25,386 nucleotides of DNA from Tubiluchus corallicola (taxonomy: Eukaryota; Animalia; Priapulida), in contig JAQGDQ010001792.1 in assembly GCA_030141605.1 (NCBI GenBank), positions 1 through 25,386 on the forward strand, written 5' to 3'. The notes beneath the pieces were generated by a model, which did no database searches, had not been told where the DNA came from, and saw only the letters and a list, made by a program, of their open reading frames with translations. Numbering within the stretch: position 1 is the first letter of the stretch; every line of letters starts with the position of its first letter. Below, one piece after another: positions 1 to 10,185 of the stretch. A program made the position numbers and the translations under genes.

Positions 1-361
1 GGGCTATGTCCCTATCTTCAGCTTGTTCGTGAGCAAAATCTAAGTTTATATCGCGAAGCGTAGTTCCTGCCCTCGCGATTTTTGCATGTTTGGAGTCCAC
101 GCATGCGCAAAGTCAACCTTGACTAAGCGTCCCCGCAACACTATATATATATATAACCGACGAAACTACAGCTGCGACGAAGGCACCATTTTCAACGACC
201 TGTACATCAAACGAAAGGTCTCCACCCAAGGGTTCGCACCTGGGACTTATATTTCGATTTGGGCCCACCCGGAGGAACAGGGGGGGGCGGAAAAGCTCAA
301 AAACAGTCATTTTTGCCCGTTTTTCGAAAAAATTGCAAGCCTTATACCTCTTTTTTTCTAG
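1..361. mobile_element. Possible non-autonomous DNA element fragment (Helentron/HINE-like), truncated by window edge
   Basis: GC-richer non-coding block with an internal (TA)n tract at 142-155, G/C runs and a T-rich CTAG end. Family assignment is pattern recognition only. Confidence 0.25.
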
Positions 362-1037
362 AGAACGTGAATCTGCCGGGGGCAATGCTGGTAATCGTAT
401 TGCTGAAACAGCCAATAGAAAAACTCAATTTGTGCAACTGCAGGGGGAGGTTAACAAAAAATAAGCACTCGCAGCAAGAGGACGAAATTGTCTACAAAGT
501 GCTGCTGGTTTCACTAGGAGAGATGTATGCTGGGTGAAACAGGAGGGGTGTATTTCGACGTTCTTTTTCTACCCCCTGTGCTGCACGCTATTTGGAACAT
601 CCATTGTCGTTGAGTTTGAGAAATTTCGCGGCTGTTCCAGGCATTGTCATCACCCGTCATTCTACATTGTTGTGAGAAGCAGCTGTGATGGTCCCCCATC
701 CAGCAGATTACTGCAACTAATTATTTTTCACTTTAAGTATCAATCTTAACGGTATCACGAATTGTTTACATAATGATTGATAATATTGATGTATTGATTT
801 TATGTTCCAATCTTGTGCTGCCATCTTTAGTCAAGAGTAGCATTATTTTTGATGAAGTTACCATTAAATGAAGCCATTTTTCTGTTAAGCTACCTTAAAT
901 ATGTAATTAGGCAGAAGAAGATGAAATTCGTTTCGTTTCAACATCACTTGTATTTTTCAAGCGAAAATACGTTTAGCAACAATTTTTTCCCTGATAATAT
1001 TATGCCCGTGTTTGAACAAATGTGAAAGCTTCGTCGC

Positions 1038-1814
1038 TGTAATACTGAGGTCACTTCACCCGTACTCGTTTCTGATTGGTCGGCTAGCCTTCGAGGCCTG
1101 GAGATTAGACGTATTGGCCTACGTGGCAGAGAGTAGAATGGCCGTGTTGAGAAATGGTCAGATATAACTATATCATGGTTTCTTTCATACGATGATTGAA
1201 CGAGAAATGGATGGTTTGTTCATTATTATGTTTTTCGTATTTGTTGGTGAACGCTGTTCTTCTTTTGCTGGTGAAACCTCGTCAGTTACACAATTACTGA
1301 GAGACATTTGTTAAATTAGGCATTCATTTCATAGCCTAATTACCTTTACGTTGGATGAAGTTACTGTCACCTTTGACTTCACGTTCGATGGTCTAAATCG
1401 CTTCCGTTCTGCGTGGGAACTCGGAGGAGATGACCTTCTCATTATCCGATCTCAAGAGATCCCATTCTGTGTCCTGCCAGTTTGATGGAAAGCTGTGGAG
1501 ACTTCCTGGAAAAGGCTACCTGCTGCCCACGAAGGAGATTGAGAGAGACGCTAACTTAGCCAACTTCCATTGGAGACCGAATTCTGCTGCATTACTACAA
1601 CGTGCGTGAGGAAGGACCGGTCCTACCCAAGTACTGGAGAAGACCTCGCCTTGGTAAACTACTATTTTGTTAATGTTGTTTGCTGAAAGACTGTTTTTTT
1701 TATATAATGTCCTGTACAATGTTCGCTCTGTAAATTGAAATAATAATCCTGACACTTATCTATAAAAGCAAAAAAATAATTTGCAAACGTGTTTTATTGT
1801 CACAGGATGTTACA
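1038..1814 (+). repeat. 5' LTR of the Gmr1-like element
   Basis: Ends ...GTTACA (1814) one base before the PBS; TGTAA at 1038 gives TGTAA...TTACA inverted termini and coincides with a shift to higher GC. The 5' boundary is inferred because no 3' LTR is available for comparison. Confidence 0.6.
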
Positions 1815-1815
1815 T

Positions 1816-1828
1816 TGGTGTCAGAAGT
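1816..1828 (+). promoter_or_regulatory. Primer binding site TGGTGTCAGAAGT (tRNA-Leu type)
   Basis: TGG-initiated motif directly after the LTR terminal CA; matches the first 13 nt of the tRNA-Leu-complementary PBS TGGTGTCAGAAGTGGGAT as recalled. Confidence 0.8.
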
Positions 1829-2445
1829 TTTACCGCGTTTAATATTAATAGTATATAATTGATATTGCCTTCCTATTAGCACTTAAATGCAGTGGAACTG
1901 CTACGTTGGTTGTGAAAATGTTATAATTTTCAACCTGTTGCATAAATATTAGTAATTTGCTTAAACTGATTAAGCGACTAGTAAGCTTTTGGTAACTGTG
2001 AAAGATATCACTTTAATTCACTGGAATTTTCCCAAGAATTTATTCAGTACAGGCTGTATAATCTAATCTGCTTCTCTAAACTAGATATAGCCATTTCTAG
2101 GTCAAATTTTACCTTGCTCATACGTTAGCTTTGCTGCTTGCTTATAAAATCAAGTTGTGAGAAAAATGTTTTGTCCGCGGCGGGCAGATAGATGGTTCAA
2201 GGTCGCCAAAACTTGAACGTGGTTTCGCAGCAGTTATAACAGCAGCGAAAACTGTTTAATAAGATTATTTTCCCAAACTTGCTTTTAACATTTCGCATAA
2301 ATTATTTTTGCCCTGCCATAAAGTCGGTTGATAGTAGCTGATGCTGATGCGTTAAGTGAGAGTGAGTGAGAGTGATTAAACAGAGATTTACTCCTTACTT
2401 TGTGTACCTACTTGGCAGTCTGTAGTCATCTTGCAAAGTATAAAA

Positions 2446-4003
2446 ATGTCTGATGTTAGATACGAGCTTTCAGAGTTAATGACTCTTAATAAAGAGCAGT
2501 TGCAGAATATTGTAGCAGAACTACATCTCTTAGTCGACCCTACTTCGAGACGGGCTACTTTAATTACTGCAATTCTTAAGGCCGCGGGTTGCCCTGAAGA
2601 TGGAAAACGTGATGAGGGTGCAGAACTTGACACTTTCGACGCGGGTATGGATCAGCCTTTACTATGCGCGGAAGCCTCTGACCCGAGAGAAGCAGCAAAA
2701 CTTCCTGATTTCTCCGCCGACTCCTCGTCGTAGGAGAACTAAAGAGAGAATGACAGACGTTACTTTAGAGTCTCTTTCTACAGTTAACGAAGCTGCTGCT
2801 CAATCATTTCTGCAAATTCGACGGTTAGAAGCAGAAACTGAAGCAAGAAAGTTACAATTAGAGCATGAGCGCATTATGGCCGAGATGGAGTTACGTAAAC
2901 TTGAATTGACCGCTGTCAGTCCGGTCAGTCAGTCTCCAATGATGTCACAGGTCAGTCCCTTCAATAGTCGTCAAGCGGATTCTACCGTTGATAAATTAAA
3001 GCTCATGAAAATACGTCCCTTTGATGAAACCAAGGATGATATACAAAAGTTTCTTGATTGGTTTCAAGCTTGTGCTGCTGCAAACAGTATTGATAGAGCA
3101 GACTTCGCGGCGTGTATTGGCCCATCTTTGTCTGGCAGAGCAGCAGACGCGTTTCAGCAGATTCCCGAGTCTGAGATGCGGAACTACACGTACGTTCGCA
3201 AAGCTTTGCTTGGCGCATATATTCTAAGCAATGACGTTTACCTGGAGAGATTCCGCGGTACAATAAAGCTTAAGAATGAAAGTTATCGCCAGCTTTTCAG
3301 ACGCTTGGATAATAGTTGGCGCGATTATCTTGAAGCCATACAAGCTGAGACTTTTGAGGCTGTTAATGAAGCAGTAGTAATTGAACAGGCGCTTAGTTTG
3401 ATGCCACACGATTTGGCCACTTGGTCAAAGACGGAAAGCATCAGGACAATTGAGAAGATGGCCCAACGGGCAGATCAATTTGTCGCAGCGAGACAAATCA
3501 CTTCCCTTCCTGGGAAAAACGTTTATTCATTTAAAAAGACTGATAAACCCAATGTTGCCACGTCGCAAGGTGGAGGCGCGAGCAATACAAATATGAGCCA
3601 GAATCTTGCAACCAAAATGCATTGTTACGCATGTGGAAAGCCTGGTCATTGGCGCAGCGAATGTCGATCGCGTTTGGGAACTGAACACGTCATGCGACCT
3701 GCTAATGCTGCTGTATTTGGTAAACCTGGCAAACAATTGTTTAGCACACCGGAAATAAAGATGCCAAATAATGATGATGATTGGCATCATGTACCTGGCC
3801 GAAAACAACCCGTTGGTTTTACAGCAAAAATTAACGGTTACGTGGTAAAAGGTCAAAGAGACACTGGAGCTGGTGTAAGCATGTTACATGCTAAATTCGT
3901 TCGCGCTAATCAGTATTTAAATGAAGTCCGACACAAGTTCGTATGCGCGTGCGGTGATATGAGGCAAAGTAAATTAGAAGAATACAGAAGAAGAGGCATA
4001 TAA
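2446..4003 (+). pseudogene. gag: Gag + aspartic protease of the retroelement (frameshifted near 2700-2730)
   Basis: ATG at 2446 (MSDVRYELSELMTLNKEQLQNIVAEL..., a helical gag-like N-terminus) shifts frame into ORF 2600-4003: coiled coil, capsid/SCAN-like region ~3239-3492, zinc knuckle CYACGKPGHWRSEC 3623-3664, protease active site D-T-G at 3860-3868. The protease C-terminal half appears deleted near 3930 (inference). Confidence 0.85.
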
Positions 4004-4079
4004 ATTAGGCAAAGGGTACATTTTGCGCGGAGGTGCGTTATTCTATTTATCTAAAGGAACAGCACCAAGCATCTAGGGA

Positions 4080-5160
4080 GTACTACCAAAATGTCGTCGC
4101 AAGGAAGTTTTACAACTGGTACACGGAAGTAAATTAGCCGGACACTTGGGTATAAACAAGACAACTCACAGAATTCTTCAAGAATATATATGGCCTCGTC
4201 TTAAACGTTCCGTAAGGGAATATTGCCGTTCCTGTCTGACGTGCCAGAAAACAGCGCGTTCACGCCGAGCAGCAGAGCCCCTTTGAAACCGTTACCTATT
4301 GTAGACACAGCATAGGGATGGACTTTATTGGGCCGCTTGATCGTACATCTTCTGGTAATCGTTGGGTTTTAGTAATAGTGGACCATGCAACACGTTATCC
4401 AGACGCATATCCGCTAGTAGATATACAGACTGTCACCGTGTTAAATGCACTGCTGAAATTCTGTTGTAAATACGGCATCCCTCGCCAAATATTAACGGAC
4501 TGTGGCACCCAGTTCACTTCAAACTTGAAGAAAGAGCTGGAGGATCAGCTCGGTGTCAAGGGCATTTTCACTAGTCCATACTCACCTTCAACGAATGGAC
4601 TCGTCGAAAAATATAATGACACGCTGAAGAAGTCTATTTTACGCCTAACACAAGATTACTCGTCTCTTCCCTGGGATCTCGCAATTGATTATGTGCGTTT
4701 CTCATATCGTGAAGTTCCACAGGATTCCACAGGGTACAGCCCAAATGAACTTGTCTTTGGCTACCCAGTACGTGGTCCGTTGACCATGCTTAAAGAGCGA
4801 TGGGGTTGTTCCAAACCGCCAAGCCTTGAAGATGTCGATGAGTACGTTGCACGAGTTATTAATGCATTAGAGACATCGACAGAAGACGCTCATAAATCGC
4901 TTCAGGAAGCCAAGTTATCCCAGAAACGCTGGTATGATCGCGTGACAAAAGAAAGAAGTTTCGAGGTTGGCGATAAAGTGATGGTTCAGAGGATGAGGAA
5001 AGACAAAAAGATGCAACCAGGATGGAGAGGCCCATATCAAATAACAGACAAAGTATCCGATTGGACTTATAAAGTTTGTTTTGACAAGAAGGGTAGACGG
5101 AAGGACACTAGAATTGTTAATATCAATAAGCTTAAGCAATATGTGGACAGAGAGGAGTCC
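4080..5160 (+). pseudogene. Retroelement integrase (HHCC, DDE core, GPY/F motif), frameshifted
   Basis: Frame 3: H(4122)GSKLAGH(4143)LG...C(4233)LTC(4242); after a frameshift and stop, ORF 4318-5352 has MDFIGPL, ILTDCGTQF, NGLVEKYN (D,D,E), TGYSPNELVFG and WRGPYQI. Confidence 0.92.
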
Positions 5161-5329
5161 CTGATCCTTTTAGCAATGAACTTGGACAATGATGGAACAA
5201 ACTTGAGTGAAGTTCTAGCATATGGCGTTGATGAAGATGTTGAGGAAGATGACATGTATGATTTGGCAATAACAAACCTAGGCAAAGGAATAGTGGAACC
5301 TGGAGGTCTTCCAGATTATGCTTTTTTAC

Positions 5330-5905
5330 CAACGGCCATTGCCACTCAGTAGTTCGCCACCACATTCACCTAAAGGATGCCACACCAGTCAAGCTACATC
5401 CCTATCGACTGCCTCAATCCCGCAAAGAGATAGTTTGGCGCGAACTTCAAGAGATGCTAAATTTAACGGTAATACGACGATCAGAGTCCGAGTATGCCTC
5501 GCCTCTACACTTCGTGCCAAAACCGCATGGTGAATGGCGACCAACGATTGACTACCGACAGTTAAATGCTCGTACAATTTTCAACCCATATCCAATGCCT
5601 CGCCCGGACGATATAATCGATGATCTTCACAACATCGCTTGGATATCGACACTTGATTTGTCCAAGGCATACTGGCAAATCGAACTGGCCCCTGAATCAC
5701 AACCCATATCAGCTTTTGTAACTGATTTTGGTAAGTTCGAGTTCATCGTCATGCCTTTCGGCTTACAGAATGCTGCCAGTACTGCACAGTCACTTATGGA
5801 CCGCGTTTTAGAAAACGTAAGAGATTCTTCACGAGGTTACATCGATGATGTGTTAATCAAGTCGCGAGATTGGTCACATCACTTGGAACATGTAGATGGC
5901 ACGCT
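5330..5905 (+). pseudogene. Gypsy-type reverse transcriptase, 3'-truncated
   Basis: The frame of ORF 5454-5963 extends upstream as HHIHLKDATPVKLHPYRLP; motifs YASPLHFVPK, DYRQLN, YPMPR, LDLSKAYWQI, MPFGL, YIDD (5838-5849); similarity lost after HLEHV. Confidence 0.92.
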
Positions 5906-6113
5906 TACTTGCAGCAGCAAACAAAACTATGTAGAATGTCCGCGCATTATTGATCATAGGTAGACAGACCAAGAGTCTTTATTATAGCACACACTGTTTC
6001 TAGTTTGTGCAAAATGTTTTGAATGGTTTCACTGTGATGCTGTGCTGTTGGCATTGATGTTGTAGGTGTTATCATAGTTGTCGTCATCTTCGCCAACATC
6101 AACATCATGATCA

Positions 6114-6458
6114 CCATGTGATGTTGTGGATTTGATGTGGTGGGTGTGATGTGGTAGGTGTTGTGAGTGTGCAGTGGGTGTAGTGCTGTGAGTGGAGTGG
6201 TGGGATGGTAGAGTGTGCGGGGTGTGGTGTGATGGTATGGTGTAAGTGGCGTGTTGTGGGTGGTGTTGGTGTAATATGTTGGGTGCGGTGTGGTGTGTTG
6301 CAGGTGGCATGATGTGGTGTAGTGTGCTGGGTGTGCTGTGAGGGTGTGATGTGTAGGTGTGGGTTGTTGTGTGCAAAATTATTTTTGCGGGGTTTGGCTA
6401 GTAATGATGATGATGATGATGACGATGACGATGACGATGACGATATATAATAGTAGTA

Positions 6459-6511
<53 letters not shown>

Positions 6512-6808
6512 GAAAACCGTGTGTAAATCAGATTTTACTCATTTTGCCTGTGAACTAATCGCCCCCGACACAGCTAAATGACAGAACACTCGGCCACACA
6601 GGCATTTTACTGCATTTTGTGGCTACTAGAATCTATTCCTTGAAACAAGTTCACCAGTGTAAAACTTTTCACCTCAAACTTGTGACTCATAATTTTACAC
6701 AAGTTTATTAATCACACCACCCACACCACACTATGCCCACTACACCACCCATTTACAGCACTGCACATCATCTACAACACACCACCTGAAACCACAACAT
6801 GTGATGGC
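6114..6808. repeat. Low-complexity foldback: GT-rich arm (~6114-6382) and CA-rich arm (~6689-6808)
   Basis: The reverse complement of the right arm (CCATCACATGTTGTGGTTTCAGGTGGTG...GTGTAAAATTAT) resembles the left arm at both ends (CCATGTGATGTTGTGGATTTGATGTGGTG...GTGCAAAATTAT). Confidence 0.6.
6403..6512 (+). repeat. Compound microsatellite (GAT)n(GACGAT)n(AGT)n(AAT)n
   Basis: Directly visible trinucleotide runs. Confidence 0.95.
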
Positions 6809-6814
6809 AACGAA

Positions 6815-7477
6815 ATGGATCTCGGTCGCTACCAAATGACTGAAATTTCAAAATCATTGCCTACCGTTGCTAATATCACGCTGAAGATCCTTTTCTACGG
6901 AGATACACAATTGCCAAAGGAGTTTCTGAATGGAAAACAAGTCGAAACATTGTTGATAATGAATAGTAATATAAATTTTCTCAGGCAAAATAACATACAT
7001 GGTTCGATTGTAAACTTTCGAATGGAAACCATGAAACAGTTACAATTGATCCATCAAAGTGCATTTCACAGGATTCAGAATTTGCAGACAATGGCTTTTA
7101 TTGACTGTGTTGCATTGAGTGTAGCCAATTTGGATCTCTCAAATAACCCTTCAATTCATTCCATCAGTTTTACTGGGACAAAAATAAGCACCATGACGAT
7201 GCCTGAGATGCACCCAAGTGTCAATCCTGGCACAGTGGAGTTTAAGTTATTAGAAAGTCAACTAACTTGTGACTGCAAAGTTGTTTGGACAAAGGAAGTG
7301 AATTGGAGCAAATCATTGGTTGACTGCATGGAACCTCAAATATCTAATGAACAGCTAAAGCTTTCAGATTTCAACTCTGACAGAACGCGTGCCCGACATG
7401 TCTCTGTCAAAAGTACTAGTACAACAACGATCAGTAACATGGGAAGTTTATTTCTCGTTCTCCTGCACTTCATATAA
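6815..7477 (+). CDS. Leucine-rich repeat protein exon with LRRCT, Ser/Thr stalk and hydrophobic C-terminus (GPI-anchor-like); N-terminus unresolved
   Basis: 220-codon ORF in AT-rich DNA; LRR-like segments (LPKEFLNGKQVETLLIMNSNI, IHQSAFHRIQNLQTM, LDLSNNPSIHSISFTGTKI), LRRCT-like LTCDCKVVW...DC, STSTTTIS stalk, GSLFLVLLHFI-stop. No signal peptide in the ORF; the frame is open upstream to 6686 (…TTCDGNE-M). AATAAA at 7714-7719. Confidence 0.75.
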   Translation: MDLGRYQMTEISKSLPTVANITLKILFYGDTQLPKEFLNGKQVETLLIMNSNINFLRQNNIHGSIVNFRMETMKQLQLIHQSAFHRIQNLQTMAFIDCVALSVANLDLSNNPSIHSISFTGTKISTMTMPEMHPSVNPGTVEFKLLESQLTCDCKVVWTKEVNWSKSLVDCMEPQISNEQLKLSDFNSDRTRARHVSVKSTSTTTISNMGSLFLVLLHFI

Positions 7478-7734
7478 AAACATGTTCCTGGAGCATAATT
7501 ATCACGAACATTTGTAGCAGCAATTCGAGATTGTAGAAATTATATTTTAAAAACTGACTACAATAATTGTACGAAAACTGACTGGTAAAATGACTACAAT
7601 AATTATCCTTTACTTTAGTCCTGACCCTAAGCACAGATTTCACTAAGTTTTGCAATTATTTCCTCTGCCACTTTTACCTGCACCATTTTACCTGCATTTA
7701 TTACTGATATGAAAATAAAATTGTGAAATCCCTT

Positions 7735-7765
7735 TCTCAACTGGGATTTGAACTCGCTACCTACT
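7735..7765 (-). repeat. Possible tRNA-derived SINE relic (B-box-like)
   Basis: Minus strand reads GGTAGCGAGTTCAAATCCCAG, resembling a T-arm/B-box; no A-box or cloverleaf found. Confidence 0.25.
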
Positions 7766-8476
7766 TTTGTAAACCTTTAAATTTTGACTGCAATTGTTTT
7801 TCAGAAGTCTTGCTAGTTATTTTTAATAATTATTGTTAAAAGTACTTTCTGTGCAAGTGCTTGGTATGCGAGTTTTGTTTATCATTTGTGAAGTAAATAA
7901 ATATAGAAAACACATGCTTTAAGAATGAATTCTAAGTTAGAAACAATGTTATTATTAATTTTACTATTACAAAAACAATGCCTTTAAATGCCATTATTAG
8001 AAAACAATGCTTGTAATTTGGAATAACTTCTGAGAATAACACGTGCAACAATAATTTTTGGATAATTTCGATCCTAAGGCATCTTTTTCAAAGCTTGTAC
8101 ATGTGGAAAAATTTTATGAAGTAAGTATTCTAAATATTTAAATGCGAAATTTATTTAGTGAAAATAGAATTTTTTTGCTGTAAAATGACCTACAATTATT
8201 CTTATTTTTCGTCGAGCGAAAACGGAGATTTGATATTGTTAGTTTAGCAGTAGGACTCTGTTTCATCTCACTGACAGTGGCGTAGCGAGGGATTTTACTT
8301 CATTATGCGATAGCCAAATTAGCCGCCCCTCCTTAAACGCAACACACCTTTGACATCTACAAATACACGTGCAAGCATGAAAGATGTTTATTCACATAAA
8401 GACTAAGATACTTGTTTAGAAATATGGAAATCACTCAGCGATTACATGTTTAACTTTCGGCCTTTTAATTGCTCAG

Positions 8477-8566
8477 AGTGGCGTAGCAAGTGCTCGTGGC
8501 GCCCAACAGTGGCGTAGCAAGTGCTCGTGGCGCCCAACAGTGGCGCAGCAAGTGCTCGTGGCGCCC
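8477..8566 (+). repeat. 31-bp tandem repeat x2.9 (AGTGGCGTAGCAAGTGCTCGTGGCGCCCAAC)
   Basis: Units 8477-8507, 8508-8538, 8539-8566 with one mismatch; CAGTGGCGTAGC also occurs at ~8275. Confidence 0.95.
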
Positions 8567-9678
8567 GAGGGCCACGAAAAGAATTGTTGGTGGCCCATAC
8601 TTTTAAATTTAAAGAATTACTTTAAGTTTGATTTGTGGTAGTGCAGCAGAATAGCTCTTTTTCATGCATTAGTTTGATTGGCGCAACACGCCAGCCGTTA
8701 AATATTTAGCTTCAGCATCAAAACGTAAGAAACACTGCAGTTTTCATAATAATTTTTCACAAACGCCACTGTTTCTTCCAAAATTATCGATTTGCTAAGC
8801 CATACGACACCCTGCACAGGCCGTTAAGTAACAACATTCGTGTTTTTTCCAGACTGTATGTAGTAACTATTTAAGTCAACTTAGGATGATCTCTGACTAG
8901 GCAATTTTGCGTTGTAGTTTGAAAACTTTTGTTAATTGTTTTGCTAAAGTTGGATCTGTAATTCATACTTAACAGTCATTGAATCCTAGAAGAATTATGC
9001 GCCTTTTTACCCTTGTGCCTGGGGACGAATGCCCCAATCTTGCTGTGCCTCTGATTAGAAAGAATCGCTAAGTTGCTATCAGTGAATCTATGATTGGGTT
9101 CCCCGTGTCCCACTGTGTTTGAATAGACGTCATAATCGCTTTTTAATATTAATTTTGTTGAAATTTCTATTAGTTGACGTTGTTTGTGCTAAAACCTGGC
9201 GGCCATTTTGTCTTTTTTGCGTTTTTAAACCCTTTCCGCTAAACTCTTCGCGCTGCCAACAGCCTTTTCGGAATCAGTATAGTCAAATTGTTAAGACTGA
9301 CAATGTTGCTCCTTTTAAGAAAAACGTCCCAGAACTTTATAGAAGCAGATTTTCAGGATTTTGGTCTATCCAGGGTCTATCCGGGATTCAGGTTGTAAAG
9401 TTAGGGGAGAAGAACATAAAAATGGCGCCGCAACATGCACCTAACAATTTTAACGCATTGATTATAAATTTTAATTCTGTGATGAAAATTAAAACACGAG
9501 GAAGATACATAATTTTTATTTTCTATTTAAAATTGAAACACAACAATATTTTTTCTCCATGGTATTTTTTATCAGAAAAGAAATCCATGATAGTATGATT
9601 GTTTTTCTAAAATTTAATAATCTTACAACCTCATAATAAAGCATAAAGACAGTGAACTTATATATTGCCTTCGTAATA

Positions 9679-10185
9679 CAGGGTGTCTATAAAGTCTGTT
9701 TACAGTTTTAAAAATTTATTACGAAGGCAGTTGACAAGATTTGTTAACTAGATTTATTCTAACGTGATCAGTGGTTGTCAAAGCTTTTTTTAACTCATTT
9801 AAAACACCTCTTTATGGGCATCATTAGTTGCACAAAGCACATCAAGACGGTACACGATTTCTTGCCATGTTCGCTGTAGCATAGCTTCATCAATGGTGGC
9901 GATGGCATGAGAAGTCCTTTTCTTCAAGTCACTAATGTCCCGTATCTTTGTTTGATACACGATGTCTTTCACATAACCCCATGGATTTCTTCCATAGCTT
10001 CGCACGTACGATTTTGTCTCAATAAACCGTGATACACACTGTGCCTTCTCTTGAGTGGCAACATTTCAATGTGATCTCAAACTTAAATAAACCCTGAATA
10101 AAACAAAACAAATCTGTTAAGATATCTTGTTAACTGCCTTTGTAATAAATTTTTAAACTTGTAAAGAAACTTTATAGACACCCTG
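9679..10185 (-). mobile_element. Internally deleted Tc1/mariner-superfamily element (DUF4817-type transposase relic)
   Basis: TA on both sides (9677-9678, 10186-10187); ~75-bp imperfect TIRs starting CAGGGTGTCTATAAAGT; the minus strand encodes ATQEKAQCVSRFIETKS...YGRNP joined to WGYVKDIVY...MLQRTWQEIVYRLDVLCATNDAH, the N- and C-terminal ends of such transposases. Confidence 0.92.

Larger units (their letters stand above)
1038..5905 (+). mobile_element. Degenerate, 3'-truncated Ty3/Gypsy LTR retrotransposon, Gmr1-like (gag-PR-INT-RT order)
   Basis: Seen: putative 5' LTR, PBS, gag with CCHC knuckle, RDTGA protease motif, HHCC+DDE+GPY integrase, then RT with YIDD. Several frameshifts/stops; RT similarity stops about 20 codons after YIDD; no RNase H or second LTR. 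Established: INT upstream of RT in a Gypsy-type pol defines Gmr1-like elements. Confidence 0.9.

Noticed and set aside
86-749. Overlapping short ORFs at the window start
   Set aside because: No domain-like content; consistent with a GC-richer non-coding repeat.
2690-2740. Programmed frameshift between gag N-terminal ORF and main gag ORF
   Set aside because: No clear slippery site, and the element has several other disabling frameshifts, so decay is simpler.
6029-6376. His/Thr/Pro-rich 115-aa ORF on the minus strand
   Set aside because: Translation of a low-complexity CA-rich repeat; non-ATG start and no splice or domain support.
8477-8566. CRISPR-like 31-bp repeats
   Set aside because: Head-to-tail with no spacers, no cas genes, eukaryotic context.
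9119-9598. 159-aa ORF with signal-peptide-like start
   Set aside because: TTG start, no recognisable domain, crosses a repeat boundary and is not conserved in unit 2.
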